This document shows, piece after piece, positions 53,334 through 64,000 of a DNA stretch of 64,000 bases; positions within the stretch are counted from its first letter, which is position 1, and each line of letters opens with the position of its first letter. The DNA lies in assembly GCA_038143065.1 (NCBI GenBank), contig JAYQLI010000035.1, positions 352,001 to 416,000 of the forward strand. Reading direction: 5' to 3'. Source of the stretch: Rhodospirillales bacterium. GTDB lineage: Bacteria; Pseudomonadota; Alphaproteobacteria; Bin95. The position numbers were made by a program, and so were the translations under genes. The notes below the pieces were generated by a model. That model was not told where the DNA came from and searched no databases. It worked only from the letters and a program-made list of their open reading frames with translations.

Positions 53334-55059
53334 GAGATGTTTCCTTTCCTCTGGTATCTATCCAAAACCTTACCGTGTCATTCGGTACCCGTAATGGTTT
53401 GGTTAAGGCTGTTAGTAACGTTTCGTTTGATCTGAGTCGTGGTGAGACACTTGGAATTGTTGGTGAGTCTGGCTCTGGAAAGTCAGTCACTACCTACGCC
53501 TTGATGGGTATTCTCGATTCAAATGGCACCATTGATGGTGGGAAAATTGAGTATTCCGGCATAAATCTTCGCACAGCTAACGAAAAGCAAATGAGAGAAA
53601 TTCGTGGCCGTGAAATTTCAATGATTTTTCAAAATCCACGTAGTGCATTAAATCCAATTCGTAAAATCGGCCTTCAAATAGAAGATGTTTTAAGGGCCCA
53701 CTCTGTAGCTGTGGGTGCAGATGCACGCAGGCGAGCAATAGATCTATTAGATAAAGTCAAAATACGAGATCCAGCAAAGCGATATCATTCATTTCCTCAT
53801 GAAATCTCTGGAGGTATGTGCCAACGAGTTGTAATAGCTTTGGCTTTGGCATGCAGCCCAAAGGTTTTAATCGCCGACGAGCCGACCACTGGATTAGATG
53901 TCACTACGCAGAAAGCTATAATGGATCTAATTAAGGAACTTGGTGAAGATCAGGGCTTATCTACTATTTTAATCACGCACGATCTGGGGTTAGCAGCTAG
54001 TTATTGTAATCGTGTAGTGGTGATGCAGCATGGCGAAGTGATTGAGACGGGAGTCGTCAAATCCCTTTTTAGAAATCCTCGTCATCCCTACACCCGGGCT
54101 CTTGTAGATGCTACGCCGCGACGAACCGGGATTATAAGAGAGCTCCTCCCAAAAAATGATCCGCGTCATGCGCAACCTGAGCCAAGACTATCGTCTTCAA
54201 CTAGATCTGATCCTCTTTTGATTGTGGATGGGTTAACGAAAAAGTTTGTGGACGTCCGTACCTTGGGGTGGATGCCTTGGCGGCGTAATAAGGCTACCGG
54301 AGCAGACAGTACTTTTCGTGCTGTGGATGGAGTTTCGTTTGAATTACATGAGGGCGAGAGCTTGGGTTTAGTCGGAGGTCAGGCTGCGGAAAATCTACGA
54401 CGTCGATGATGATTATGCGATTACTCGACCTTGATGAAGGCACAATCCAGCTTGCTGGGCAGGATATTGGCTCCGTTCCATCGTCCCGTTTTGCTCGGCA
54501 CCGTGCAAGGCCCCATTTACAATTGGTCTTTCAGGATCCAACTGAATCACTAAATCCACGCTTTACCGCGATGAGATGCATAGCAGACCCATTATTGAGA
54601 ATGGGTCGTTTATCTCGGCGAAGTGATATTAAAGCCCGGGTAGAGGAGCTGGCAAATCTTGTGCAGTTGCCGGATAGCCTTCTGTCACGCTTTCCGCACC
54701 AGCTATCTGGTGGTCAAAAGGCAAGAGTGGGTATTGCCCGTGCAATAGCCCTTGAGCCCAAGTTACTAATTCTAGATGAGCCAACTGCAGCTTTGGACGT
54801 ATCAGTTCAAGCTGTAGTGCTGAATTTGCTTGTTGATCTGCGTGCCCAGCTCGGCATGAGTTATTTATTCGTTAGCCACGATTTGAACGTTGTACGACTT
54901 CTTTGCGATAAAGTGATGGTCATGCAAGCGGGGCGTATCATAGAGCAAGGCCCATCTTCTAAGGTTATGAATACACCCCAGACAGCATATACCAGACAGC
55001 TTTTGGCCTCCACTCTAGAGCCACCACATACTTCTTTCCGCCAGGAGGTCGCTCAATGA
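53330..55059 (+). CDS. Dual-domain oligopeptide-type ABC ATPase (frameshift ~54377)
   Basis: Two ABC cassettes; the second Walker A is broken at the junction of ORFs 53330..54409 and 54406..55059. Confidence 0.88.
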
Positions 55060-56789
55060 CCCTGAGGATTTCGGATTATCATCAGGCTTATTCAAATGGT
55101 GCAAGTCCAAGTGCACTCATAGCTGCAATTCGGGCTCGTCTGGATCGGATCGGTGATCAGGGAATTTTCCTACATTTTGTTGATAATTCTCTCCTAATCA
55201 AAATGGTAGAAGATATCGGGCCTTTTGATCCAGCCTCAAAACCATTATGGGGTGTGCCGTTTGCCGTTAAAGACAATATTGATGTCTTCGGCATGCCAAC
55301 AACTGCTGGGTGTGAAGCTTATGCTTATAAACCAGGGAAAGACTCTACAGTTGTGGCGCAGTTGAAAGCTGCCGGTGCAATTCCCATTGGTAAAACCAAC
55401 CTGGATCAATTCGCTACGGGTTTAGTAGGTCTTCGAACACCATATACCGCCCCGCTAAATTTTATCGACCCAAAGCTTGTCCCAGGAGGCTCTAGTTCTG
55501 GGTCAGCAGTAGCAGTTGCACATGGCCTTGTTCCCTTTGCTCTTGGGACAGATACGGCAGGGTCTGGCAGGGTCCCAGCTGGTCTTAATGGTATTATTGG
55601 ATTAAAGCCCAGTCTTGGCGCTATATCGACTCAAGGAGTGGTTCCCGCTTGTCGCAGCCTTGATTGTGTTTCCATTTTTGCTGGTAATATCATCGATGCT
55701 CAGAGGGTATTTAGAGCTGCAAGTTGTTTTGATAAATCTGATTCGTTCAGTAAGCCACTGGTTCAGCACGAGCCATGGGCCTTCATAAAAGGGGCTCAAA
55801 GTTGGAATTCCTAGGCGGGAGGATCTCATATTTGATTCCTGCTCTGCGGCAGAGACTGCATTCGACGATGCAGTTTCCGCACTGGTTTCCATTGGCATGA
55901 ATGTGGAAGAAGTCCCTTTTGGAGATTTTTACGCTATTGCGCAATTGCTCTACGAGGGGCCGTGGGTATCGGAGCGCTATGCTGCGATTGGTGCATTTAT
56001 CGAAAAACAGCCAAACTCTATGCACCCCATTACCCGATCGATCATCGAGAAGGGGTGTAACTTTTCGGCTGTAGATGCATTCACAGCTTTTTACGAACTG
56101 GCGGAGCTTCGTCGCAAGGTTGAGCCGTTTCTGGAATCAGTCGATCTGCTATGTGTTCCAACGATCCCACGTAATCCGAGCGTTAAGGAAGTTTTGGATG
56201 ACCCGATAGGGATTAATTCAATGCTTGGAACCTATACCAATTTTGTGAACTTGTTAGGTATGTGTGGCTTGACAATACCCTGCGGAAAGCGTTCGGATGG
56301 CGAGCCATCAAGTATAACATTTTTGGCTTCGGCCGGGCATGATATCCGTCTTTCATACGTTGCAGAGCAGGTCAGTGGGCTCTTAGGCGGAGGCGATGAG
56401 GAAGAAGCCGTTATGCTTGCAGTCGTTGGGGCGCATCTCTCAGGAATGGATTTGAATTATCAACTCCGTGACCTGGGCGCTATCTTTGTATCCACTACAG
56501 AAACAGCTCCAGTTTATAAGCTCTACGACGTTCCTAACAGCAATCCACCCAAACCAGGTATGATCCGTGTTCAGAAGGGGGAGCTGCAATAGAGGTCGAG
56601 ATCTGGAAGCTTACTTACTCAGCTTTTGGGAAGTTTGTTGCTAACATTCCAAGTCCACTGGGAATTGGTAATGCTCAGTTAAAAGATGGCAATACAATTA
56701 AATGCTTCTTGGCAGAGCCTGCTGGATTAGACGGGGCGGAGGACATCACGCGCTTTGGTGGCTGGCGTAGTTATATAACTACAAGATAA
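55056..56789 (+). CDS. atzF: Allophanate hydrolase (two frameshifts)
   Basis: Amidase signature KDNID, KTNLDQFATGLVG.R, GGSSSGS, GTDTAGSGRVPA; C-domain AVVGAHLSGM.LN..IPSPLGIG..DITRFGGWR, stop at 56789. Confidence 0.92.
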
Positions 56790-57039
56790 AGTAAGTTATT
56801 TTCTGAAAAGGCGAAGTTCTATAGCTTGGTAAAGTTCCAAGATTAATGAAGATTCGTTCCAAACCTATAAACGTAAATATAAAGAGGTCGGTGCTGCGAA
56901 ATAAGTTCATATTTATATAAAATTTTGTAATTCAAAGTTGCTGACTTTTTTTCTCGAAGTCATTAGACCTGTTATGGCAGTTGCTGTTGTTTCTTAGCCC
57001 AAAGACCTTTCCTAGCATTAAAAACGTGGAGTGAATTTA

Positions 57040-57831
57040 ATGGAATATAAGGATATTATCTATTCTGAAGAAGAAGGCACAGCAATTATCCGGATCAACA
57101 GGCCAGAGGTCTACAACGCCTTTCGTCCACGTACAGTGGTTGAGATGATTAATGCTTTACTTACCGCAGGGTGGAATGATGAGATTGGTTCTATAATCCT
57201 TACGGGTACTGGGCCCAAAGCTTTTTGTACTGGAGGAGATCAATCCGATAAATCTGGCTCCTATGGAGATGGTGAGACCCGTGGGACGGTTGGAATGCCG
57301 ATGGAAGAATTGCATACAGCCATTCGGGATGTTCCAAAGCCGGTCGTTGCAATGGTGCGTGGCTATGCAATTGGTGGGGGTAATGTACTCGCTACGTTAT
57401 CTGATCTTACTATAGCTAGTGAGACGGCAGTATTTGGTCAGGTGGGGCCAAAGATGGGGTCCGTGGATCCAGGATTTGGGACAGCTTATCTTGCTCGCAT
57501 TGTGGGTGAAAAGAAAGCTCGAGAGTTCTGGTATATGTGCAAGCGTTACACAGCTCATGAAGCAGCCGCTATGGGCTTAGTAAATGCCGTTGTGCCTGAT
57601 GATAAACTCGAGGAAGAGACCAAAGCCTGGTGTCGCGAATTAAATCAGCGAAGCCCGACAGCTATTTCGATTGCGAAGCGATCGTTTAATGCTGATAGCG
57701 ATAATATACGGGGAATTGGTAGCCTCGGGTTTGCTGCACTCAAACTTTACTACCATACGGATGAGTCTAAAGAGGGCGGTAACGCATTTCGGGAGCGCCG
57801 TGATCCAGAGTTCCGCAAATACTACAAGTAG
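57040..57831 (+). CDS. badI: 2-ketocyclohexanecarboxyl-CoA hydrolase (MenB-like crotonase)
   Basis: AFCTGGDQS, RGTVGMPMEELHTAIRDVPKPV, GQVGPKMGSVDPG, LKLYY.TDES, closely matching BadI as recalled. Confidence 0.85.
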   Translation: MEYKDIIYSEEEGTAIIRINRPEVYNAFRPRTVVEMINALLTAGWNDEIGSIILTGTGPKAFCTGGDQSDKSGSYGDGETRGTVGMPMEELHTAIRDVPKPVVAMVRGYAIGGGNVLATLSDLTIASETAVFGQVGPKMGSVDPGFGTAYLARIVGEKKAREFWYMCKRYTAHEAAAMGLVNAVVPDDKLEEETKAWCRELNQRSPTAISIAKRSFNADSDNIRGIGSLGFAALKLYYHTDESKEGGNAFRERRDPEFRKYYK

Positions 57832-57905
57832 TTCTTATGGAACTTGATAGGGTTAACGGGATATAGATAGAACTACTGATCTCTATTTGATGAAACCTTT
57901 GAACT

Positions 57906-57937
57906 AAAAAAGGCCACCAAGAATGGTGGCCTTTTTT
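57906..57937. terminator. Bidirectional Rho-independent terminator
   Basis: A6-GGCCACCA-AGAA-TGGTGGCC-T6 between convergent genes. Confidence 0.92.
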
Positions 57938-57956
57938 AAATGTAAATACAATGTGT

Positions 57957-58750
57957 TTAGGATAGCCAGCGCTTACGGCGACGGTATGTTTTTACATCCC
58001 GATAAGATTTACGTTCGCCACCTTCACTCATTCCTAAGTAGAACTCTTGAATGTCTGAATTTGTTTTCAGAGACTCAGCTTCGCCCTCCATGACGATAGA
58101 GCCATTTTCCATAACATAACCAAAGTCTGCGTACTCGAGAGCCAAGGCAGCGTTTTGTTCTACAAGCAGAATTGTTACGCCTTGCTCTTCATTTAGCCGC
58201 TTTATAATCCCAAAAATTTCCTCAACGATCATTGGGGCTAATCCAAGGAAGGCTCGTCAAGGCATACCATCTTGGGGTTTGACATAAGAGCTCGCCCAAT
58301 AGCGAGCATTTGTTGTTCACCTCCGGAGAGGTAACCAGCTCTACTAGTATGTCGCTCTTTAATACGGGGAAAATAAGTATAAACCATCTCCTTGCGACGG
58401 TTCATTTCAGCTGTGGAAGGTTCAATGTGGCCGCCTGCAATGAGGTTTTCATCAACGGTTAAGTTTACGAAAACGCGACGGCCTTCAAATACTTGTACTA
58501 CCCCCTTTTTGACAATCTCAAAGCCGGCAAGGTGATCAATCCGTTCCCCACCAAAAGTAATATTTCCTTTGGTAATGGCTCCACGTTCTGGACGTAATAA
58601 TCCTGAAATTGCTTTTAACGTTGTCGTCTTGCCAGCACCATTAGCGCCTAGGACTGTGGTAATCTTACCTTCCTTGGCCTCCAAGGAAATGCCCCGGAGA
58701 ACGAGTACAACGTTATTGTACATCACCTCAATGTTATTAATTTGAAGCAT
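57957..58750 (-). CDS. LivF-like ABC ATPase (frameshift ~58238)
   Basis: GANGAGKTT, LSGGEQQM, LLVEQNA. Confidence 0.9.
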
Positions 58751-58779
58751 ATTTAAATCTCGTCGTCCGGTGATTGAAA

Positions 58780-58820
58780 GAGGGGTCTGCAGGCTCCGAT
58801 TGGAACCTGCAGCACGCCTC
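58780..58820 (-). other. Intercistronic stem-loop after the SBP gene (mRNA stabiliser or partial terminator)
   Basis: Minus strand CTGCAGGTTCC-AATC-GGAGCCTGCAG with an outer GAGG/CCTC extension. Confidence 0.6.
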
Positions 58821-58828
58821 GGTTTGGT

Positions 58829-60073
58829 TTACTTCTTTGCGGCCTTTTCGATTTCTTCGATAAGAAGTTCAGAAACTTCATGTCTATAATCGCGGTACCA
58901 TTCAGTGACAGGTTTATAACCAGATTTCGTCACCTGGAAGACACGAACCCATCCACCACCTTCATGATCTTTCTTTGTGATCTGAAGAGGAGGTAGGAGA
59001 CCACCCAGAGTGAAGTCTTTGATTTGATAGAAACCGTCACGGACTTGCTCGCCTGTCACATCACAACTACCTTTTGCCTTAACAGCATTCTCAATAGCTT
59101 TGATGTGCACTGCAGCCTGGAATACACCCCGGTTATAGTAAGCGGTGTATTGCATCGCATCTGGATCGCCTTTGCCGTTAGCCTTGTACATATCCTTGAT
59201 CTGTTGGATCACAGGGTAATCTTGGCCAACACCTGCAAAGTGCATTGTGTTGTAACCTTCAGCGGCTTCATTACCGCCGGCTGCTTGAATATCACCTTCG
59301 GATCCAGCCCATACAACGCCTAGGATTTTATCAAGTGGATATCCCGCCCGCTTAAACTCTTTCAGGGAAACGGATGGAGCGCGCCCGAAGAGGTGGCTGA
59401 TGACAAAATCAGCGCGATAGCGCCGGGTGATATCAAGGATCTGAGGACCCATCTCAACGCCTGGTGCTGGAACAGCAAAAGTACGTAGTTCGTAACCCTC
59501 TTGTGGCTTCAACTTTTCAAGGACAGGAATTCCCTCTGTCCCGGCAGGGTTATCATAATAGATGTAGGCAATCTTTTTGCCTTTAAGGCTTCCACCGAGT
59601 TGATCCTTAGCAAACTTAACAGCGGCAGCTGCTTGGCTGTAGTAGCTTGCAGCAATTGGGAACATGTATGGATAGGCTTCGCCATTACCTGCTAGAGCTG
59701 TACCAAAACCGGCTGATGTTCCAGGGATCTTATCTTCCGCCATCTTTTGGACGAGAGCGTAGACCATAGGTGTACCATACGGTGAAATTAGAACAGCATC
59801 TTCTGCTTTATAGGTCTGATAAGCTTCAACGGCTGCAGGAACCTTGTACTCATGGTCAATTTCATGCGCATTAATTTTACACTCACCCATGTTGCCTTGT
59901 TTGTTATACAAGTTCACGTAATCGTGATATCCTGGGCATAAAGCTGTTCCTGTTACTGATGTAGGACCAGTGCGGTCACACATCATACCAATAACAATGT
60001 CCTTTGCGCTTGCCTGACTGGCGAGTGCTCCGGCCGCTAGGGCCGCTGCCCCAAGTGCGGTAAAGAACTTCAT
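58829..60073 (-). CDS. LivK-like ABC substrate-binding protein
   Basis: GGAGG RBS, signal peptide, DRTGPT, type I periplasmic binding protein pattern. Confidence 0.9.
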   Translation of the reverse strand: MKFFTALGAAALAAGALASQASAKDIVIGMMCDRTGPTSVTGTALCPGYHDYVNLYNKQGNMGECKINAHEIDHEYKVPAAVEAYQTYKAEDAVLISPYGTPMVYALVQKMAEDKIPGTSAGFGTALAGNGEAYPYMFPIAASYYSQAAAAVKFAKDQLGGSLKGKKIAYIYYDNPAGTEGIPVLEKLKPQEGYELRTFAVPAPGVEMGPQILDITRRYRADFVISHLFGRAPSVSLKEFKRAGYPLDKILGVVWAGSEGDIQAAGGNEAAEGYNTMHFAGVGQDYPVIQQIKDMYKANGKGDPDAMQYTAYYNRGVFQAAVHIKAIENAVKAKGSCDVTGEQVRDGFYQIKDFTLGGLLPPLQITKKDHEGGGWVRVFQVTKSGYKPVTEWYRDYRHEVSELLIEEIEKAAKK

Positions 60074-60115
60074 TCTTTTTCCTCCCTTACTCTTCAAGTT
60101 CTCGCTTTAGTTTTT

Positions 60116-61182
60116 CTAATGTGAGAACGGCCAAACCCGGAAATAATTCGGACGTTAATCCACAAACGGTTTAATCCATCTGGTTCCACAATCAGAAAGA
60201 AGATGATCAGGACACCAAAAGAATTTGACGCAATTGTGAAATACTTTGAGCAAGAACGTCTGGTTCAACAAACAATGACCCGACGTTCTCCATAACTAGC
60301 CTTATTGCAATTGGCAGAAGACTTATGAAGAAAGCACCAAAAACAGATCCAAGAACCGATCCTAAGCCTCCTATAATTACCATTGACAAGTAATCAATCG
60401 ACACACCAAGCTGGAACTGTTCGTAAGATGCGATACCTAAATAATAGGTATAAAGTACACCTGTGACACCGGCGTAGAACGAGCTTATGGCGAATGCATA
60501 AAGCTTATATTTGAAGACGCTTATTCCAATAATTTCTGCTGCAATATCCTGGTCACGGATGGCAACAAAAGCACGGCCCACCCGGCTCCGAACAAGGTTT
60601 TGTGTGGCGATTACGGCGACAACAGCTACTATAAGTAGGAAGTAATATAGTTCTGTAGGGCTATCTAGTTTTTCACCGAGTAGGGTAGGGGGCGAGCCAC
60701 CTCAATGGAAGCTTGCGCACCACCAGAGATAGAAGGTGAATGGTTGATAATCCACTCGATAATAAATTGTGCAGCCAATGTAGCAATCGCAAGATAAACA
60801 CCTTTAATGCGCAGTGAGGAACACCCACAATAATGCCTATGGCAGCTGCCATCAGGCCGCCAGCAGGTAGTGTTATTAAGAATGGTAAGTCGAATTTCGT
60901 TGCAAGATTAGCGGCTGTATATGCGCCCACTGACATGAATGCCGCGTGCCCGATAGAGAGCTGGCCTGCGTAGCCTAGAAGAATATTTAGTCCAAGAGCG
61001 CCTACAGTTGCGATTGCGACAAGGCTTAGGAGAGTGAGGTAGTACTCACTCATCACCAATGGGGCGGCGATGAAGAATAAAACCAATAAGGCAAATGCCG
61101 AGAAGCGCGAAATTGGTAGGGGATAGAGCCCCATATCCGATTTGTAGTTGGTCTTATAATAACCAGACTCGCGGTAATACAT
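60116..61182 (-). CDS. LivM-like ABC permease (frameshifts)
   Basis: GLNILLGYAGQLSIGHAAF, GRAFVAIRD, IIGGLGS; ends ..VWPFSH*. Confidence 0.88.
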
Positions 61183-61186
61183 GAGC

Positions 61187-62085
61187 CTAAATCCTCTCGA
61201 TCAACTTACGGCCTAACAAGCCGTAAGGCCTTATCATCAGCATGATAATCATCAATACGTAGGGGGTGAAATCCTTGGTGCCGCCACCCACATACGGATC
61301 AATAAACCCAGCAGCGAGAGCCTCGGCTACCCCAACTATTATCCCGCCAATAACAACGCCAATGATTGAATCAAGGCCTCCTAAAATCACAACTGGGAAC
61401 ACCTTTAATCCAACTAGAGCCAATTGGGTATCGACGCCTGACGCGCTTCCCCAAAGTACCCCGCCCAACATTGCAACAATGCCAGCCATCACCCATGCAA
61501 GTGCAAAATAGCGTGCAACGGTGATGCCCATCGCTCGCGAGACTTGATGGCTATCTGCCACTGCCCGCATTGCAACTCCTTTGCGGGTTTTTAGAAATAA
61601 CCATCCAAAAATAAGAAGGAAGAGGATACTAGTACCTGCGCCCAGGAGTTGAATGGGAGTGAAGAAAAACGGCCCAATGATAACTGGATAATCTTCAATC
61701 GGTAGAGTGATACCTCGAGGTGCAGCGCCAAATACCATTGGGCCAATCCCTCGAAGAATAAAGGCAAGACCAATAGTTGCCATAATAATTGCTACGATGG
61801 GGCGACCGATTAGTGGTCTTAAAACCACTCTTTCAAGCGCAATGTTGAAGGCAATCATGAAGATTAGTCCTGCAAAAGGGCCAACCACAGAGGAAACTCA
61901 TAAGCAGCGCTAGCGAGTCCAGATATGACTATACCTGCAATCATAACGAACTCACCCTGCGCGAAGTTTATCGCATCTGTTGCCTTGTAAATAAGAACAA
62001 ACCCTAGGGCTACCAATGAGTACATCAAACCGTTGGCTACACCTTGGCCAAATAGTTCGATTGCGAATGCCATATCACCGCTCAT
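61187..62085 (-). CDS. LivH-like ABC permease (frameshift ~61880)
   Basis: YSLVALGFVLIYKAT..INFAQGE, AMRAVAD, ILGGLDS. Confidence 0.88.
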
Positions 62086-62095
62086 CCGCCTTCTC

Positions 62096-63997
62096 CTATG
62101 CCGCGTCTTGTATTTTGAGGTTCATGTCAACGTGGCTCTTCCGGCCATCCTCAAACGTAACCTCAGCACGGAGGTCAACCACTGAAGCGCCTGAGTAAAA
62201 TGCTGTGATGACGGGCTCATATTGCTCCGCTATAAAGCTCCGACGCAGCTTCCGCGTTCGGGTTATTTCAGCATCATCAGCATCAAAATCTTTGCCTAGG
62301 ATTAGGAACCGTTTTACTTGAAGAGTCTCAGGTAGAGTGCGATTTATACCAGATACCTCTGCTGAAATTAAATCCAGCACCTCCTGCTTCTGAGATAGGT
62401 CCATATAATTTGTATAAGGGAGAGTTTGTCTTTCCGCCCATTTGCCTACAGTATTGAAGTCAATGGCGATCATTGCGCAAACAGAGGGTCGCTCATTACC
62501 AAATGAGATTGCTTCGGCGATATACGGGCTATATTTCAGTTTATTTTCAACAAATTGAGGTGCAAAAGCCGAGCCATCTTCAAGTTTTCCAACATCTTTG
62601 GCTCTATCGATGATTGTAAGTTCACCGTTTGCTTCTAAGACACCGGCATCACCGGTTTTAAACCAGCCATCTTCAGAAACTGCTTCTTTAAAGGCATCCT
62701 CATTTTTGTAATAGCCGACGAAAACATTAGCGCCCTTGACTTGCAATTCGCCATTATCAGCAATTCGAAGGTCAATACCTTCTATTGGTTTTCCAACGCT
62801 ATCAGGATTTGCTTCACCGTCTCGTTGGATTGAACCAAGCCCTGAAATTTCTGTTGAACCATAAACTTGTTTTAGGTTTATTCCGAGCGCTCTAAAGAAG
62901 CGGAATGTATCAGGACCTAAAGGAGCACCACCTGTAAGTGCCCAACGGGCCCTTCTCAAACCAAGTTGGTCTCTTATGGGTGAATAAATAAGAAGTTCAC
63001 CAAGTGCTAAATTTATCCTATCGCCGAGACTAGGAGATTTTCCATCCTCTTGCTTGCGCATCACATTAATAGCTGCACTGCTGAAGCGGTTGTAAACAAA
63101 TTTCTTTAGACCGGTGATGTCTTCAGCTTTTACCTGGATGTCGGAAAGAAAGTTTTCCCACGCCCTGGGTGCCGCTAGAATACCGGTCGGTCCCAATTCA
63201 CGCATATCACGAAGAAGCGTCTCTGGTCCTTCAGGGCAATTGCATGACGCTCCAGTCAACAAGCTTGTGGCTAAGCTATAGGTTACATCACCTACCCAAG
63301 CCATTGGGAGGTAAGAAAGAAAGTCATCACTTTCCCGAACATCTTCAACTGATACGAAGGCTTTAGCTGCGGCTACGAGATTAGCGTGGTTAAGCATAAC
63401 CCCTTTAGGCTTTCCTGTAGTGCCTGACGTATAGCACATTAGAGCTACCGTATTCGCGTCAAGCGCCTGAACGCCTGCTTCGTAAGCCGCTCGATCACCG
63501 TTAACGCCTAACTCAATAACTGCTTCATAGGATTTAAGTAATTTGTGATCATAATCACTTAAGCCACGATCATCGCAGTATACAATTTGTTTTACCTGGG
63601 GTAGGCGGTCTTCGATCGACAGCATCTTGTCGACCTGTTCTTGGTCTTCTGCAAAAATAACGGAGACATCTGCATCACTAAGAACGAACGCAAGCTCATC
63701 TGCGATGGAATCCTGATAAACAGGTACTGATGCTCCACCTAATGCCTGAGCCGCTAATTGTGCCCAGTAAAGTCTGGGGCGATTATCACCAATGACAGCG
63801 AGCTTATCGCCTGCGCCAAAACCAACAGCTTTCAGCCCAAGAGCGAGTTCAGCTACTTGATCGGCATAATCTGACCAACTGTAGGTTTCCCAAATACCAA
63901 GATATTTTTCTCTCATAGCCGGTTTAGAACCGCGTATTTTACTGTTCTCAACTACCAGGCCAGGCAGTGTTTGTGCGTTGGTTGTAGCCTCGGTCAT
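62096..63997 (-). CDS. Long-chain acyl-CoA synthetase (AMP-binding)
   Basis: YTSGTTGKPKG, YGSTE, FKTGDAG, IIDRAKD, TRTRKLRR. Confidence 0.93.
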   Translation of the reverse strand: MTEATTNAQTLPGLVVENSKIRGSKPAMREKYLGIWETYSWSDYADQVAELALGLKAVGFGAGDKLAVIGDNRPRLYWAQLAAQALGGASVPVYQDSIADELAFVLSDADVSVIFAEDQEQVDKMLSIEDRLPQVKQIVYCDDRGLSDYDHKLLKSYEAVIELGVNGDRAAYEAGVQALDANTVALMCYTSGTTGKPKGVMLNHANLVAAAKAFVSVEDVRESDDFLSYLPMAWVGDVTYSLATSLLTGASCNCPEGPETLLRDMRELGPTGILAAPRAWENFLSDIQVKAEDITGLKKFVYNRFSSAAINVMRKQEDGKSPSLGDRINLALGELLIYSPIRDQLGLRRARWALTGGAPLGPDTFRFFRALGINLKQVYGSTEISGLGSIQRDGEANPDSVGKPIEGIDLRIADNGELQVKGANVFVGYYKNEDAFKEAVSEDGWFKTGDAGVLEANGELTIIDRAKDVGKLEDGSAFAPQFVENKLKYSPYIAEAISFGNERPSVCAMIAIDFNTVGKWAERQTLPYTNYMDLSQKQEVLDLISAEVSGINRTLPETLQVKRFLILGKDFDADDAEITRTRKLRRSFIAEQYEPVITAFYSGASVVDLRAEVTFEDGRKSHVDMNLKIQDAA

Positions 63998-64000
63998 ATC

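Noticed and set aside
1-64000. CRISPR arrays, transposases, prophage or defence islands
   Set aside because: No regularly spaced repeats or recognisable mobile or defence proteins were found by eye

Overview
Chromosomal window of a moderately AT-rich, probably marine, Rhodospirillales-like alphaproteobacterium. The assignment is inferred from gene order: rnd-lptCAB-rpoN-ptsN, tatABC-serS-surE-pcm-nlpD and lrp/trxB-LysR. I found no mobile element, prophage or CRISPR array. About 25 genes, including argG, uvrC and tatC, are broken by 1-nt indels, often in homopolymers. This looks like long-read consensus error, so I reassembled those genes rather than calling them pseudogenes. Highlights: (1) A BCP/PrxQ peroxiredoxin, only partly caught by the ORF track, has an in-frame UGA at the peroxidatic position followed by a SECIS-like hairpin, so it is a candidate selenoprotein. 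(2) It sits beside an APH-type kinase and the TIGR04283/TIGR04282 transferase pair, with no radical-SAM partner in the window, next to an F420-type LLM enzyme. (3) A probable anti-Shine-Dalgarno sRNA with an operator-like repeat lies downstream of trxB-LysR, at the position AbcR occupies in Rhizobiales. (4) An unexplained structured element lies upstream of a PfpI-like protein that lacks the nucleophile. (5) Orphan catabolic genes are present: mct, badI, and atzF with a Tat-dependent ABC importer. One tRNA-Leu(CAG) is present.
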